A DNA stretch of 64,000 nt, taken from the IMG/VR virus record IMGVR_UViG_2775507133_000001, positions 1 through 64,000 of that record. One strand, written 5' to 3'. Below the pieces are notes generated by a model. That model saw only the letters and a program-made list of their open reading frames with translations. It had not been told where the DNA came from and made no database searches. Position numbers and translations under genes: made by a program. Source of the DNA: a virus. Taxonomy: Duplodnaviria > Caudoviricetes. The stretch's first letter is position 1. Each line of letters opens with the position of its first letter. Shown piece by piece: positions 10,324 to 20,435 of the stretch.

Positions 10324-13300
10324 TCAGGTCAGGTTCGCCGTGGCGATCTGGCGGATGACGGCGCGAGCGGTCTGCTCCGGGTCGTTGGCGGCCTGCACGG
10401 TGATGTTGAAGTTCGTCGTGGCGCCGCCGACGTTGCTGACCGTTGTCATCCCGCCGGCCAGGCCCGCGCGCCCGCCGGCGGGCTGGCCCGCGCCGCTGAG
10501 GGTGCCGAGCGTCGGCTGCACCACCGGCCCCGGCACCACCGTGTTCAGGGCCGCGAGCTGGCCGCTGACCGCGTCGGCCATGCCGCGCGCCTGCGCCCGC
10601 ACCGCTGCGGTGACGTCCTTCAACCGGCCCACGATCCCGACGTGCAGGCCGAGCCCGGTCAGGTCGCCGATCTTCCGGAACACGGTCGACGGCGAGTGGA
10701 TCCCGAGCGCCTTGCGGATACTGGTCTGCATCGCTTTCGCGATGTCCAGCATGAGCTTCTCGATGTCCTTCTGCTGGCCCTTCAACCCGGCCAGGAAGCC
10801 CTTCGAGGCCTGCTTGCCCGCGTCGAACAAGCTGTCCGCCGCGTGCTGGCCGAGCGCGTTCGACGCGGTCACGAGCTGTCGCTGCAACGCGTTGATCTCC
10901 GCGATCGTCGTCGACGACTGGGAGGCGAGGACCGACGCCAGCTCGGCGCCCTGAGCGGGGCCGAGGCCGATGACCTGCGACAGCAGGTCGGACCGCAGCC
11001 CGCGCCGCTTCAACGCGTCTATCTGCGCGGTGAAGTTCTTCACCTGCGACACCGCGTCCTGAAGCCCGCCAAGGAGGCCCTCGCGGGTGATGTCGCCGCC
11101 CTGCGTGAGGTTCTGGAGGCTGAACGACTGGAGCGCCGAGGCCGCGGTGTCCGTCGCGAACTTGTTGGCGTCGGCAATGCGCTTGGCGAGCGCGTCGCGC
11201 TGGTTGGCGAGCGTCACCAGCCGCTTGTTGCCGTCGGCGATGACCGCCAGGAGCCGGTCGTCGAGCCGGGTGTTCTTCCCCTTGAAGGCCTGCGTGATCA
11301 GCTTGGCGATCTTCTCGGTGGTCTGCTTGATCTGGTCGACGGTGCCGGTCAGGCCGATGACGAAGCCCTGCCCGGTCCACTTGCCGATCTCGATGAACAC
11401 CTTCGACGGCGAGCCGATCTTCAACACGCTCTTCGCGGCGCTGATCGCCGAGCCGACGACGTCGCGGGCGGCGTCCGCGGCGGCGCCCGCCATCGACCGG
11501 ATACCGCCGATGAGGCCGCGCACCAGGTCCATGCCGACGCCGGCCAGCACCGAGCCCGCGCTGGACATGGCGCTGCCGATCCGCCCGGGCAGCGCCTGGA
11601 AGAAGCCGAGGACCTGTGAGCCCGCGCTGCGGGCCGCGCCGAGCATCGACGAGCCCGCCGACCGGAAGATCCCGCCGAGCCGGGCGGGCAGCCCTGCCAG
11701 GAACCCGGCGATCCGGCCGGGCAGCGCCTGGAAGAACGCGGCGACCGTGGAGGCGCCGCTCGAGGTGGCGCTCGCCGCGGCGGAGAGCGCCGCCGAGAAC
11801 CGCGACACCAGGAACCCGCCCAGCGATGCCAGCCCGTTGTAGATCATCACGGGCACGCGCGTGAACAGCAGGATCAGCGCGCCGATGCCGGTGCCGATGG
11901 CGATGCCGGTCGCCACCAGCGCCAGGTGGAACGCCTGAGCCAGCAGCCCGGGCAGGGCGGCCAGGGCGGCGAGGATCATCCCGGGGAGCCGCTGGAAGAA
12001 CCCGACGACCGACGTGAACGCGGTGGAGATCAACCCGCCCAGCATCGACAGCCCGGACACGATCATGGACGGCAGGTTCGTGATGAACGTGACGACCGAC
12101 GTCAGCCCGGTGATCAGCCCGCCGAGCGCGGTCGCGATGCCCTGGATGATCGGGATGGCGACCTTCGCGGCCAGCCACGTCTGGAAGCCGAGCCCGATTT
12201 GGAGCAGCGGCGCCGCGAGTTGGATGACGAGGTCGGCCAGCGGGGCGAGCGCGGTCGCCAGTTGCAGCACCGGCGGCACCACCGGCAGGACCGCGGTGGT
12301 GAGTTGCAGGAAGACGCCGACGAGGTCGGGCAGGACCGGCAGCAGCGCGTCGACGATCTGCCCGACCAGCGGCACCAGCGCGGCGACCAGCTCGGTCGCC
12401 GCCCCGGCGATCTGCGGCAGGACCGGCTCCAGCGCGGACAGCTGGTCGACGACGGCCTGGCCGAGGCTCTCCGCGATCGGCGCCAGCGCCAGCGCCAGCT
12501 GTCCGAACGAGGTGGCGAGGGAAGGCAGCAGCGGCGCGAGCCGGGCGATCACCCCGGCCAGGGCGTCACCGATCCCAGCGGCGATCGGCGCCATCGAGGT
12601 CGCCAGTTGCACGAACGCGCTGGTCAGCGGCGGCAGGACGGGCATCAGGGCGCCGACCAGTTCCTCAATGATCGGCCCGAACGCGGCCGCCAGGGTCGAC
12701 AGCACGGGCGCGAGGGCCTGCGCGAGGACGTTGACGAGCTGCCCGGCGAGCGGCAGCAGCGGCGACAGCGCGGTCAGCACCTGCGCGATCGACTCGCCGA
12801 GCGGCGCCAGGTCGATCTGCGCTAGGCCAGCGGCGAGGGCCTGCGCCACGGTGGTCAGGCTCGGCGCGATCGCAGCGAGCGCCGGGCCCAAGCTGTCGAT
12901 CACGCCGACCAGGGCGGGCCCCAGGGCGGTGAACACGGGGCTCAGGGCGGGCGCGATCGCGCCGATCTGCGTGACCAGCGCGCCGAGGTTCGGCCCGAGC
13001 TGCGCCGCGATCGTCGCCACGGTGCCGAAGAGGTTCCCGATCGCCTGCTGTCCGGCCGCCGACGCAACGAACTCGCGGAACGAGCCGGTGATCTCCTGGA
13101 GGTTGTTCAGCAGCCCGCCGCCCGCGCCGTCGGCGGCGCGGAACACGTTGGCGATGATCGCGCCGACGTTCGCGGCGATCGAGCCGAGCTGCTGGAACAC
13201 CCCGACCGCCGTACGGACGACCTCGACCGCGCGGCCGGACGCGGCGAACCCGGACAGGAACGTCCCGAGCTGCGCGCCGAGCTGGGCGATCGTGCCGCCC

Positions 13301-14529
13301 ACCTGCCCGCCGAACGCCTGCGCCACCGCCGCCGCGACGTCCAAGAACCCCTTGGCGAGCGGCTGGACCACCACCTGCAACCCGGACGCGGCCTGCGTCG
13401 TGCTCTGAATGATCGTCCGCAGCGGGGCGAGGGCCTCCTTCGACGCCGCGAACTTCAAGCCCTGGCTGGCGGCCTTCCCGAACTCGCCCGCGAGCCCGGA
13501 CAGCTGGGTCCGCAGCGGCAGCAGGTTCTTGATCGACGCCGTGACGTCGCCCGCGAATTGGCGGAAGAACGACTGCTGCACGGACTGCTGCAACCGCTTC
13601 AGCTGCGGCTGGAGCTGGTGGACCGCGGTGACGGCCTGCCGCGCCGCGGGGGCGAGGTTCTTCACCGCTTCGGTGAAGTCCTTCGCGTCGCTCTGGACGG
13701 CGGCTTCCAGGGCGTCGCCGACGCCGAGCGTGGCCAGCTTGAGCGTGCCCATCGCCGCGGCGGCACCGGCGATCGCGGCGGGGATCGCGGCGATGATTCC
13801 GCCGGCCGGTGCCAGCGCCGCGAGCAGCGCGCCGACGCCCTGGGCGGCCCCGGCAGCGGCGATCCCGACCGCGCCGAGCTTGAGGAGCCCGGCGAGCTGC
13901 GAGCCGACCCGCCCGGCGATCCCGCCCAGCCCGGCCAGGGACCGCCCCAGCCGTCCGGTGTCGACGTCGGCGGTCACGTTGACGTCGGGCGCACGGTGGG
14001 CGCGGACCCGGTCGTCGAAGTCCCCGAAGTCGGGGACGACACGGATCGCGATCTCCTCGCCGGCGAGCGCGGCCCGCAGCCGGGCCATGAAGTCGCTGAC
14101 GTCGGGCGCCACCGGGATGTTCAGCGAGTCGATGCTGCGCAGTCCGGTCAGCAGCGCCGAGTCGAACCGGCGCAGGTCCGGCACCACGGGGATCTCAATG
14201 GCGTCGATGTGGCCGAGGCGGGTCAGCAACATCGAGTCGAACCGGCGCAGGTCCGGCACCACGGGGATCTCAATGGCGTCGATGTGGCTGAGGCCGGTCA
14301 GCAACGCCGAGTCGAAGCGGCGCAGGTCCGGGTCCACCTGGATCTGCACCTTGACGCCGCGCAGGGCGTTCTGCAGATCGTTCTTGATCTTGTTGGCGAT
14401 GCCGCGCGTCGCCCGGTTCAGGGCGGCCTGGATCCGCTCACCGAGCGCCCGCGCATCGGTGACGACCCCGGTGTCATCGAGGTCGATGGTGATGTGAGCT
14501 GACCCGAAGTCCTCGTCTTCGCCGGCCAC
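10324..14529 (-). CDS. Tape measure protein
   Basis: 1401 aa, Ala/Gly/Leu-rich amphipathic repeats, two IxSPS motifs, follows the tail chaperones. Confidence 0.9.
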   Translation of the reverse strand: MAGEDEDFGSAHITIDLDDTGVVTDARALGERIQAALNRATRGIANKIKNDLQNALRGVKVQIQVDPDLRRFDSALLTGLSHIDAIEIPVVPDLRRFDSMLLTRLGHIDAIEIPVVPDLRRFDSALLTGLRSIDSLNIPVAPDVSDFMARLRAALAGEEIAIRVVPDFGDFDDRVRAHRAPDVNVTADVDTGRLGRSLAGLGGIAGRVGSQLAGLLKLGAVGIAAAGAAQGVGALLAALAPAGGIIAAIPAAIAGAAAAMGTLKLATLGVGDALEAAVQSDAKDFTEAVKNLAPAARQAVTAVHQLQPQLKRLQQSVQQSFFRQFAGDVTASIKNLLPLRTQLSGLAGEFGKAASQGLKFAASKEALAPLRTIIQSTTQAASGLQVVVQPLAKGFLDVAAAVAQAFGGQVGGTIAQLGAQLGTFLSGFAASGRAVEVVRTAVGVFQQLGSIAANVGAIIANVFRAADGAGGGLLNNLQEITGSFREFVASAAGQQAIGNLFGTVATIAAQLGPNLGALVTQIGAIAPALSPVFTALGPALVGVIDSLGPALAAIAPSLTTVAQALAAGLAQIDLAPLGESIAQVLTALSPLLPLAGQLVNVLAQALAPVLSTLAAAFGPIIEELVGALMPVLPPLTSAFVQLATSMAPIAAGIGDALAGVIARLAPLLPSLATSFGQLALALAPIAESLGQAVVDQLSALEPVLPQIAGAATELVAALVPLVGQIVDALLPVLPDLVGVFLQLTTAVLPVVPPVLQLATALAPLADLVIQLAAPLLQIGLGFQTWLAAKVAIPIIQGIATALGGLITGLTSVVTFITNLPSMIVSGLSMLGGLISTAFTSVVGFFQRLPGMILAALAALPGLLAQAFHLALVATGIAIGTGIGALILLFTRVPVMIYNGLASLGGFLVSRFSAALSAAASATSSGASTVAAFFQALPGRIAGFLAGLPARLGGIFRSAGSSMLGAARSAGSQVLGFFQALPGRIGSAMSSAGSVLAGVGMDLVRGLIGGIRSMAGAAADAARDVVGSAISAAKSVLKIGSPSKVFIEIGKWTGQGFVIGLTGTVDQIKQTTEKIAKLITQAFKGKNTRLDDRLLAVIADGNKRLVTLANQRDALAKRIADANKFATDTAASALQSFSLQNLTQGGDITREGLLGGLQDAVSQVKNFTAQIDALKRRGLRSDLLSQVIGLGPAQGAELASVLASQSSTTIAEINALQRQLVTASNALGQHAADSLFDAGKQASKGFLAGLKGQQKDIEKLMLDIAKAMQTSIRKALGIHSPSTVFRKIGDLTGLGLHVGIVGRLKDVTAAVRAQARGMADAVSGQLAALNTVVPGPVVQPTLGTLSGAGQPAGGRAGLAGGMTTVSNVGGATTNFNITVQAANDPEQTARAVIRQIATANLT
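14105..14335. repeat. Three ~75-bp tandem repeats in the tape measure N-terminus
   Basis: PDLRRFDSxLLTxLxxIDxxxIPV repeated three times, near-identical DNA with 75-bp period. Confidence 0.8.
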
Positions 14530-14555
14530 CAGGCAACCCCGCTCTCGCGTTGGTT

Positions 14556-14577
14556 GCCCGGCCCTGAACCAGTCAGC
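14556..14577 (-). promoter_or_regulatory. Late-gene leader motif copy 3
   Basis: GCTGACTGGTTCAGGGCCGGGC upstream of the tape measure gene. Confidence 0.7.
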
Positions 14578-14621
14578 TGGTGCTCGCCCCTCCCCCCGGA
14601 AGGGGCGACCACGTCATCAGA

Positions 14622-14963
14622 TTATCGGCCGCGTCCGCCCATGAGCTGCGCGTCCTCAGCGGCGAACGCCGCCAGCATCGCCTTCGCGTCGCCCACGCCC
14701 ATCGCCGCCGCTCTCGGGCGGGCCGGCTGCCCGGGCGCCGCCGGACGGGGCCGGTAGCCCTTCGGCGGCGCGTACAGCTCCGCCTTGATCCGCGCCCGCT
14801 CCGAGTCGTCCTTCGCGCCCTGGTACAGCTGCACCTCGGCCGCGTTCAGCATCCGCTTCAACGGCCACTGGTGCGGGTCTACGCCCTGGAGCGCGAGATG
14901 CCCGTCCCACGACTCCCACCAGGCCGCGACCTGGGCGCAGAGCCGGAAGACGACCCAGTAGGG
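14622..14963 (-). CDS. Tail assembly chaperone, second (gpT-like) segment, probably reached by -1 frameshift
   Basis: The -1 frame opens just after TAA at 14967-14969 and reads PYWVVFRLCAQVAAWWESWDG...; overlaps the chaperone 3' end. Confidence 0.6.
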   Translation of the reverse strand, partial: PYWVVFRLCAQVAAWWESWDGHLALQGVDPHQWPLKRMLNAAEVQLYQGAKDDSERARIKAELYAPPKGYRPRPAAPGQPARPRAAAMGVGDAKAMLAAFAAEDAQLMGGRGR

Positions 14964-15394
14964 CGGTTACCGCCCCCGTACCACTCCACCGTGGTCTCCA
15001 GGATCTCCACGATGGCGCGGGTGGGCAGCCGCACCTCGTCGCGGAGCACCGAGCCGGGGTTCTGGTCGGCGAGCGCCCGGGCCTCGTCGACGTCCTGGAA
15101 GGAGCCGAGCGTCTCGGCGCCCTTCATGACCTTCACGGTCAGGAACGACCGCGCCGAGTCGGGCAGCATCTGCCGGGCGATGAACACCCTCAGCGACCGC
15201 AGCGTCTGCCGCAGCACGTCCGGGTCGCTGTCGTCGAGGCGCTCGAGGTCGACGCCCTTCGCCTGGTGCACCGCGTTCAGCTCCGCGTACGCGTCCACGA
15301 ACTCGTCGCCGAACTGCTCGGGGACGAACTCCAGCACGTAGGGGCCGACGTTGATGGTGTGCGGGTCCTGATGCAGGGCGATGGTCTTCTGCAC
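14879..15394 (-). CDS. Tail assembly chaperone (gpG-like)
   Basis: Located upstream of the tape measure; ends in RPT plus a Ser-rich tail. Confidence 0.7.
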   Translation of the reverse strand: MQKTIALHQDPHTINVGPYVLEFVPEQFGDEFVDAYAELNAVHQAKGVDLERLDDSDPDVLRQTLRSLRVFIARQMLPDSARSFLTVKVMKGAETLGSFQDVDEARALADQNPGSVLRDEVRLPTRAIVEILETTVEWYGGGNRPTGSSSGSAPRSRPGGSRGTGISRSRA

Positions 15395-15418
15395 GGGTGA
15401 TCCTCTCTCCGCTCCTTC

Positions 15419-15440
15419 GCCCGGCCCTCAACCAGTCAGC
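15419..15440 (-). promoter_or_regulatory. Late-gene leader motif copy 4
   Basis: GCTGACTGGTTGAGGGCCGGGC upstream of 15394. Confidence 0.7.
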
Positions 15441-15492
15441 GCACCAGGAAGGGTAGTCGCCCGCACGGCCCGCACAGGGCCTCACCAGCGGC

Positions 15493-15873
15493 TCAGCGGC
15501 CCATCCGCAGGGCCCGCGCGAGGAAGTTGTTCGGCCGCGTCCCCGGGTGCCGCACGAGCCGCGTGTAGACGACGTCGCCGCCGACCTCGAACCGCAGCAC
15601 ACCGCCGCGGCGGCGCGGCCGGATCAGGTGCGGCCGCGTCCCTTGCACCACGTAGAGCACCGCGGGGTGGTCGCAGGTGATGACGCCCTCAAGGCCGCGC
15701 GGCCCGGTCTCGATGTGCCAGTCGACGTAGCGGCCCATCGACCCGGGCGCCTCCGCCGCGGCGATCCGTGCGACGCGCTCGGTGCGCTCACGCAGCTTCC
15801 GCTCGACGCGGCCGCCACGCAGCCGCAGGAAGCGGGCGATGCGGCCGGTCTCGATCCTCACGTCCACGCTCAC
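15493..15873 (-). CDS. HK97 gp10-like neck/tail completion protein
   Basis: YVVQGTRPHLIRP...VRHPGTRPNNFLARAL signature. Confidence 0.75.
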   Translation of the reverse strand: MSVDVRIETGRIARFLRLRGGRVERKLRERTERVARIAAAEAPGSMGRYVDWHIETGPRGLEGVITCDHPAVLYVVQGTRPHLIRPRRRGGVLRFEVGGDVVYTRLVRHPGTRPNNFLARALRMGR

Positions 15874-16460
15874 GGGGTGTCCTCCGGGCACGGGTTGCAC
15901 GCGGGCAGGGCAACGGTGACGGTCTGCTCGATGCCGACGCAGCCGCCCTGCGGGCCGACGGCGCGCTGCTGGCCGAGGACGAACCGACGGCCACGCCGCC
16001 CGGACGCCGTCTTCGGCAGGCAGCACAGCAGCGCGTTGTAGACGGCGAGGGCGTCCACGTGGAGGGTGCGGGCGGCGTCGGCGAGCTCGTCGCACGTGGG
16101 CGGGCAACCGTCTTCGGTCGGGCCGGGCGCGCACCGCAGCACGGTGACGACCAGCTCGACCGCGGTCACCGGCGGCGGCTGGCAGTTCCGGGCGTCGCGC
16201 ACCGCCTGGTCCTGCCGGGGGAAGTCGCTGACGGTCGAGGGGAAGATCCGGGACACGTTCACCGACAGCTGCCCGCCCGTGCTCCCAGAGCAGGGGTCTT
16301 CGCAGCCGTCCCACGCGGCCGTGCCCGGGACGACGCAGCGCCGACAGTCGGGGCAGCCCGGATGCCCGGGCACCTCCTCGGCGACCTGGTCCAAGGCCGC
16401 ACACACACAGCCGAGCACGGACTGGGCAAGGTCGTCGATCGCAAGCGGGCTCAGGGCCAT
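15870..16460 (-). CDS. Putative tail terminator/neck protein, Cys-rich
   Basis: Position in the neck module; GPQGGCVG motif. Confidence 0.6.
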   Translation of the reverse strand: MALSPLAIDDLAQSVLGCVCAALDQVAEEVPGHPGCPDCRRCVVPGTAAWDGCEDPCSGSTGGQLSVNVSRIFPSTVSDFPRQDQAVRDARNCQPPPVTAVELVVTVLRCAPGPTEDGCPPTCDELADAARTLHVDALAVYNALLCCLPKTASGRRGRRFVLGQQRAVGPQGGCVGIEQTVTVALPACNPCPEDTP

Positions 16461-17260
16461 GTCGTCACCCTCGGCTGCTTGTAGTCCACCGACCACACCC
16501 GCGACGGGGCCGGCTGCCTGTACGGGTTGACCAGCACCAGCCACTGGTCGACCTCCGGCAGCCCGGTGCGCATGTCCGCGTACATCGCGGTCCGGTCCTC
16601 GAACTCCAGGTCGACGCCCTGCCTACTCACACGCGAGAGGTTGCGGTTGCGCTGGAGGTTGCAGCCGCACGAGCCGCCGCCACAGCCCTTGACGAGGTGG
16701 CACACCAGCGCCGAGAACGCGGCGATCGCCGCCTCGTCCAGCGGCAGGCCGGTCCGGTACGTGACGCAGAACGTGCCCGGCTCCCCGCACGGCGCGGCCA
16801 TGTCCTGGCAGTCCGGCCAGCAGGCGCCGTCCGCGCGGACCAGGAGGTCGCCGTTGTCGACCCGGTATGAGGCCGGGTCGAGGGTCTCACCGCCGATCTG
16901 CACGGACACGATGTCGTGCACGGGCCCGTCGAGCCGTACCTCGCACAGCTCGGTGCACGAGCAGTCCGTCTCGCAGCTGCACACGCGCGCGTTCCGCCAC
17001 TTCCCGTCCCTGCCCAGGTACGGGATCCACGGGCCGGCGGTCCCCCACCGGACCGCGCCCGAGTAGTCGTCCAGGCAACTGCGGCGGCACGGCCGTACGG
17101 TCACCGGGCAGCTCGGTCCCCAGCGCCGCCCGGACGCCATCCACAAGATGCTCGTTGCGACGCGCCGCCACCTGGTGATCGTCTCCTCGCTGGTGTCCTC
17201 GGGTAGCAGGCAGCAGCTCGGGTCGAACGGCCAGAGCTCACACGGAGTTGGCTGGAGCAT
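16451..17260 (-). CDS. Head-to-tail adaptor-like protein, Cys-rich
   Basis: LW..SGRRWG...RVSRQGV...TGLPEVDQWL..VNP pattern of actinophage adaptors. Confidence 0.7.
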   Translation of the reverse strand: MLQPTPCELWPFDPSCCLLPEDTSEETITRWRRVATSILWMASGRRWGPSCPVTVRPCRRSCLDDYSGAVRWGTAGPWIPYLGRDGKWRNARVCSCETDCSCTELCEVRLDGPVHDIVSVQIGGETLDPASYRVDNGDLLVRADGACWPDCQDMAAPCGEPGTFCVTYRTGLPLDEAAIAAFSALVCHLVKGCGGGSCGCNLQRNRNLSRVSRQGVDLEFEDRTAMYADMRTGLPEVDQWLVLVNPYRQPAPSRVWSVDYKQPRVTTWP

Positions 17261-17291
17261 TCAGCGCCTCCCGAAGTCGGTGTGACACGGC

Positions 17292-17323
17292 GAGGCAGCC
17301 GCACACGCGGGTGCGGCTGCCTC
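17292..17323 (-). terminator. Hairpin after the major tail gene
   Basis: GAGGCAGCCGCAC/GTGCGGCTGCCTC 13-bp inverted repeat. Confidence 0.55.
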
Positions 17324-17347
17324 CAGGCCCGAGGGCGCCACCCGCGG

Positions 17348-18034
17348 TCAGGGCGTGGCCGGCACGGGTACGGGCACGTAGTCGCACGACGGGACCGGCG
17401 GGGCCACGTCGGTGATGAAGATGCGCCGGTGGCAGGTCGGCCCGAGCGGCGTAAGCATCGGACTCGGCGCCCCGCCGGCGTTGCGGGTGACGTTGTACGG
17501 GCCCGCGCCCCAGTTGCCGCCCGCCCGGGTTGCGCCGGTCACCTGAAGCGTGACCGCTTCGCCGCCGATCTCCATGTCGCCCAGCAACCCGTTGGTGATC
17601 CACGGCAGCACGAAGTAGATCCACTGCCCGGTGGACCCCTCGTCGCAGTCCTCGCCCAGCACCTCGGCCCAGAGCTCAAGCGCGAAGCCCGTCTTGCACT
17701 GAAGGGAGCAGGTGTCGGTACCGATGACCTCGCCGGACGCGTCCAGGTACACCGGGTTGCCGGTGAGCAACTCGATCAGCTCGGGAGACACCGCGAAAAA
17801 GTTGATCTCGACGTCGAATCCGCGGAAGGTCGGGCAGCCGCGTCGGTATCCGCACACCTTGCCGTTCGCGGCCTTGTACTCGATGTCGTCGCCGTCATCC
17901 ACGTTGTTGTTGAACGCGATCGAGCTGAAGCACTCGGCGACGAACGCGTTGTCGTTCCCCTGGACGGGGTTGCCGCATCGGTCGACGCGGGTCACGCGGA
18001 AAACGTCGGCCGTGGCGATCAGAGGACAGGACAC
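17348..18034 (-). CDS. Major tail protein
   Basis: RVTRVDRCG...KAANGKVC...FALELWA...YFVLPW actinophage tail-tube pattern. Confidence 0.75.
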   Translation of the reverse strand: MSCPLIATADVFRVTRVDRCGNPVQGNDNAFVAECFSSIAFNNNVDDGDDIEYKAANGKVCGYRRGCPTFRGFDVEINFFAVSPELIELLTGNPVYLDASGEVIGTDTCSLQCKTGFALELWAEVLGEDCDEGSTGQWIYFVLPWITNGLLGDMEIGGEAVTLQVTGATRAGGNWGAGPYNVTRNAGGAPSPMLTPLGPTCHRRIFITDVAPPVPSCDYVPVPVPATP

Positions 18035-18060
18035 GGGCCAGCTCCCTCATATTCAAAGGA

Positions 18061-18082
18061 GCCAGGCCCTAAACCATCCGGC
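18061..18082 (-). promoter_or_regulatory. Late-gene leader motif copy 5
   Basis: GCCGGATGGTTTAGGGCCTGGC with TAGACT -10-like box upstream. Confidence 0.75.
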
Positions 18083-18222
18083 GGTGAGTGAGTCTATCCG
18101 CCTGCGACCAGCGTCAAGGCGTCATCTTGTTGCAGGAGCCGAATCGTCGAGTCGCCCGGCTGCCGGGTGAGCGGCCGCCTCCGTACAGGTCATCTCGTGG
18201 CTGAGGTGGAAGGCATCACGTC

Positions 18223-19221
18223 ATGACGTGGTCGTTGCCGCAGCCGATGCTCACCACCGCCGTGGACAGCCCTGCCCTGCCTGCCGGATGGGCAGCGGAG
18301 CCGAAGTGGGACGGCTACCGGGCCCAGCTCGCCGTACATACCGGCGGCCGCGTGCTGCTTCGTTCGAGGCAAGGCACCGACATGACGACCGCGTTCCCCG
18401 AGATCCGAGCCGCGTCCCTCGCGCAACTGCCGGCGGACACAGGCCTGGACGGCGAGCTGGTGGTGTGGGAGCAGGGCCGGCTCGCGTTCGAGCGGCTCCA
18501 GCAGCGCCTCGCGCGGCGTGGCAGCGGCTCAGCCCACGGGGCGCGGCAGTGGCCGGCGCACTACGTGGTCTTCGACCTGGTCCACGCGGACGGAACTGAC
18601 CTGACCAGCTGGCCGTACGAGCGGCGACGCGCGGCGCTGGAGGCCCTGGTCGCCGAACGCCAGCTGGAACCGCCGTTGACGTTGTGCCCGTCGACGACCG
18701 ATCCGGCCGTCGCGCAGGGGTGGCTGGAGTGGACGGCGGCTGGGCTGGAGGGTCTCTGCTTCAAGCGACTGAGTGACCCCTACACCGGGGGCGCCAGGGC
18801 TTGGCGCAAGTACAAGGTGCGCATCACCACCGAGGCCATCATCGGTGCCGTCACCGGCACGCTGGGGGCGCCCAGGGCGGCGCTGCTTGGCCGCTACGAC
18901 ACTGCGGGGCGCCTGCGGTACACCGGGCGCAGCACGACCCTGTCCGCGCATCTCGCGCGGGCCCTGGGCGACGTCCTAGTCCGGCCGGCGCACGTGCACC
19001 CGTGGGAGGGGTGGACGTTCTCGGCGGGCTGGGGAACACGGCGCATGCTGGACGTCGTCCTGGTGGAGCCCGCAGTGGTGCTGGAGGTTGCGGTCGACGT
19101 CGCCCGGGACGCTGCGGGACGGTTCCGCCACCCTGCCCGCCCGCACCGCATCCGCACGGACATCGACACGGCGCAGGTGCCGCGGTTCGGTGAGCCCGGG
19201 GCCGATTCCGCCGGGCCGTAA
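18223..19221 (+). CDS. ATP-dependent DNA ligase (LigC/LigD ligase-domain type)
   Basis: EPKWDGYR motif I, LDGELV, FDL, EGLCFK, WRKYK motifs. Confidence 0.9.
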   Translation: MTWSLPQPMLTTAVDSPALPAGWAAEPKWDGYRAQLAVHTGGRVLLRSRQGTDMTTAFPEIRAASLAQLPADTGLDGELVVWEQGRLAFERLQQRLARRGSGSAHGARQWPAHYVVFDLVHADGTDLTSWPYERRRAALEALVAERQLEPPLTLCPSTTDPAVAQGWLEWTAAGLEGLCFKRLSDPYTGGARAWRKYKVRITTEAIIGAVTGTLGAPRAALLGRYDTAGRLRYTGRSTTLSAHLARALGDVLVRPAHVHPWEGWTFSAGWGTRRMLDVVLVEPAVVLEVAVDVARDAAGRFRHPARPHRIRTDIDTAQVPRFGEPGADSAGP

Positions 19222-19874
19222 CCCATGCGCTCAGGGAGCGTTGGGCAGGGCACGCGTGAAGATCCGAACCCCCGCGGATACGCGAGTGAGCCCCGGCCTC
19301 CCCGGTTCCGGGGCTCACGGCGTTCTCAGCGCCGTGGTATTCGAACACATCTTTGGCGCCGGTCGTGAGAACTAAGAACTGGCCGGACTGCGCTCAGCGA
19401 GCTCAACCCAGCCCGCGGCCAGCATCTGCCGCGCACCACTGCATCGGCTCAGACGAGATCGCCCGAGCCGGGCCATCGAGGAGCACACCCATCACACTTC
19501 CCGCACCGGCGGCGTAGGCCCGGTGCGGGGGCGCGTGCGCAGCCTTGAGGCTGTTACTCACTTTCGGGTGATAGCGAGGCAGGTTCCCCGGGTGGCGCGG
19601 ACTGGCGACCGCGGGACGAGCGCCTTGCCCGCACTGAGCAGGCCGACCTGCCGGACCGTCAACATCGTGCATACGGGACATACATGGAGAATGCAACTGA
19701 GAGTTACTGAAACATGAGCAGCAAGTAACAGTGCTCATGTTTTGCCCTTCATTCCTGCCCGACGTGGACAAAGTGTGTGTGCGGCCAACCGGTCGCAACC
19801 CACACACCGCACCACCTCCGGGCGGCCGTCACGGCCGTTGACCGGGGGGTGCCCGCACCCTTCAGGGGGACTTC

Positions 19875-20435
19875 TTGTCCGCTTCCGCTCTCGTCACCGG
19901 TCGCCGTCTCGCCGCTGCCGTCCTCGCAGCCGGCGCTCTCATCTCGGTGGCCGCGCTGCCGGCGTCCGCCGACGACCACTCCCGCGCGCCGCGCCACCGC
20001 GTGGAGATCTCGGCCGTCCAGTACAACTCCCCCGGCCCGGACGACCGCTCCAACCGCTCACTGAACAGGGAGTGGGTGGAGGTCACCAACACCGCCCGAC
20101 ACGGGATCAACCTCGACGGCTGGACCCTCGAGGACGAGGACGGCCACACCTACACCTTCAACGACTACCGCCTGGCCGGCCGCGCCACCGTCCGCATCCA
20201 CACCGGAGTCGGCCGCGACAACCGCACCGACCTCTACCAGGACCGCCGCAACTACGTGTGGGACAACCGCTCCGACACCGCCACCCTGCGCAACGACCAC
20301 GGCCGCTTCATCGACAAGGTCTCCTGGGGCTACGACCGCGACCGCGGCGACCGGGACAACCGCGGGGACCGGGGCGACCGCGGCAACCGCGGGGACTGGG
20401 ACGACCGCGGCAACCGCGGCGACAACCGCCGCTGA
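19875..20435 (+). CDS. Secreted lamin-tail-domain protein with RGD/RGN-rich tail
   Basis: Signal peptide; EWVEVTN...NLDGWTL...YVWDN..DTATLRN LTD pattern. Confidence 0.8.
   Translation: MSASALVTGRRLAAAVLAAGALISVAALPASADDHSRAPRHRVEISAVQYNSPGPDDRSNRSLNREWVEVTNTARHGINLDGWTLEDEDGHTYTFNDYRLAGRATVRIHTGVGRDNRTDLYQDRRNYVWDNRSDTATLRNDHGRFIDKVSWGYDRDRGDRDNRGDRGDRGNRGDWDDRGNRGDNRR

Noticed and set aside
9494-12178. Long alternative-frame and antisense ORFs (e.g. 894 aa here, 836 aa at 45761, 767 aa at 26841, 733 aa at 57470)
   Set aside because: Arg/Pro/Gly-rich shadows of real genes, expected in very high-GC DNA
17292-17323. Sixth AGGCAGC hairpin
   Set aside because: AGGCAGC is in the stem, not the loop; looks like an ordinary terminator/stabiliser
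19340-19356. TCGAACACATCTTTGG as a LexA (SOS) box
   Set aside because: Only the left half matches TCGAAC-N4-GTTCGA, and it is downstream of the ligase
20330-20432. RGD repeats in the lamin-tail protein as integrin ligands
   Set aside because: Low-complexity 9-bp repeat expansion (GACCGCGGC-like); no support for eukaryotic targeting
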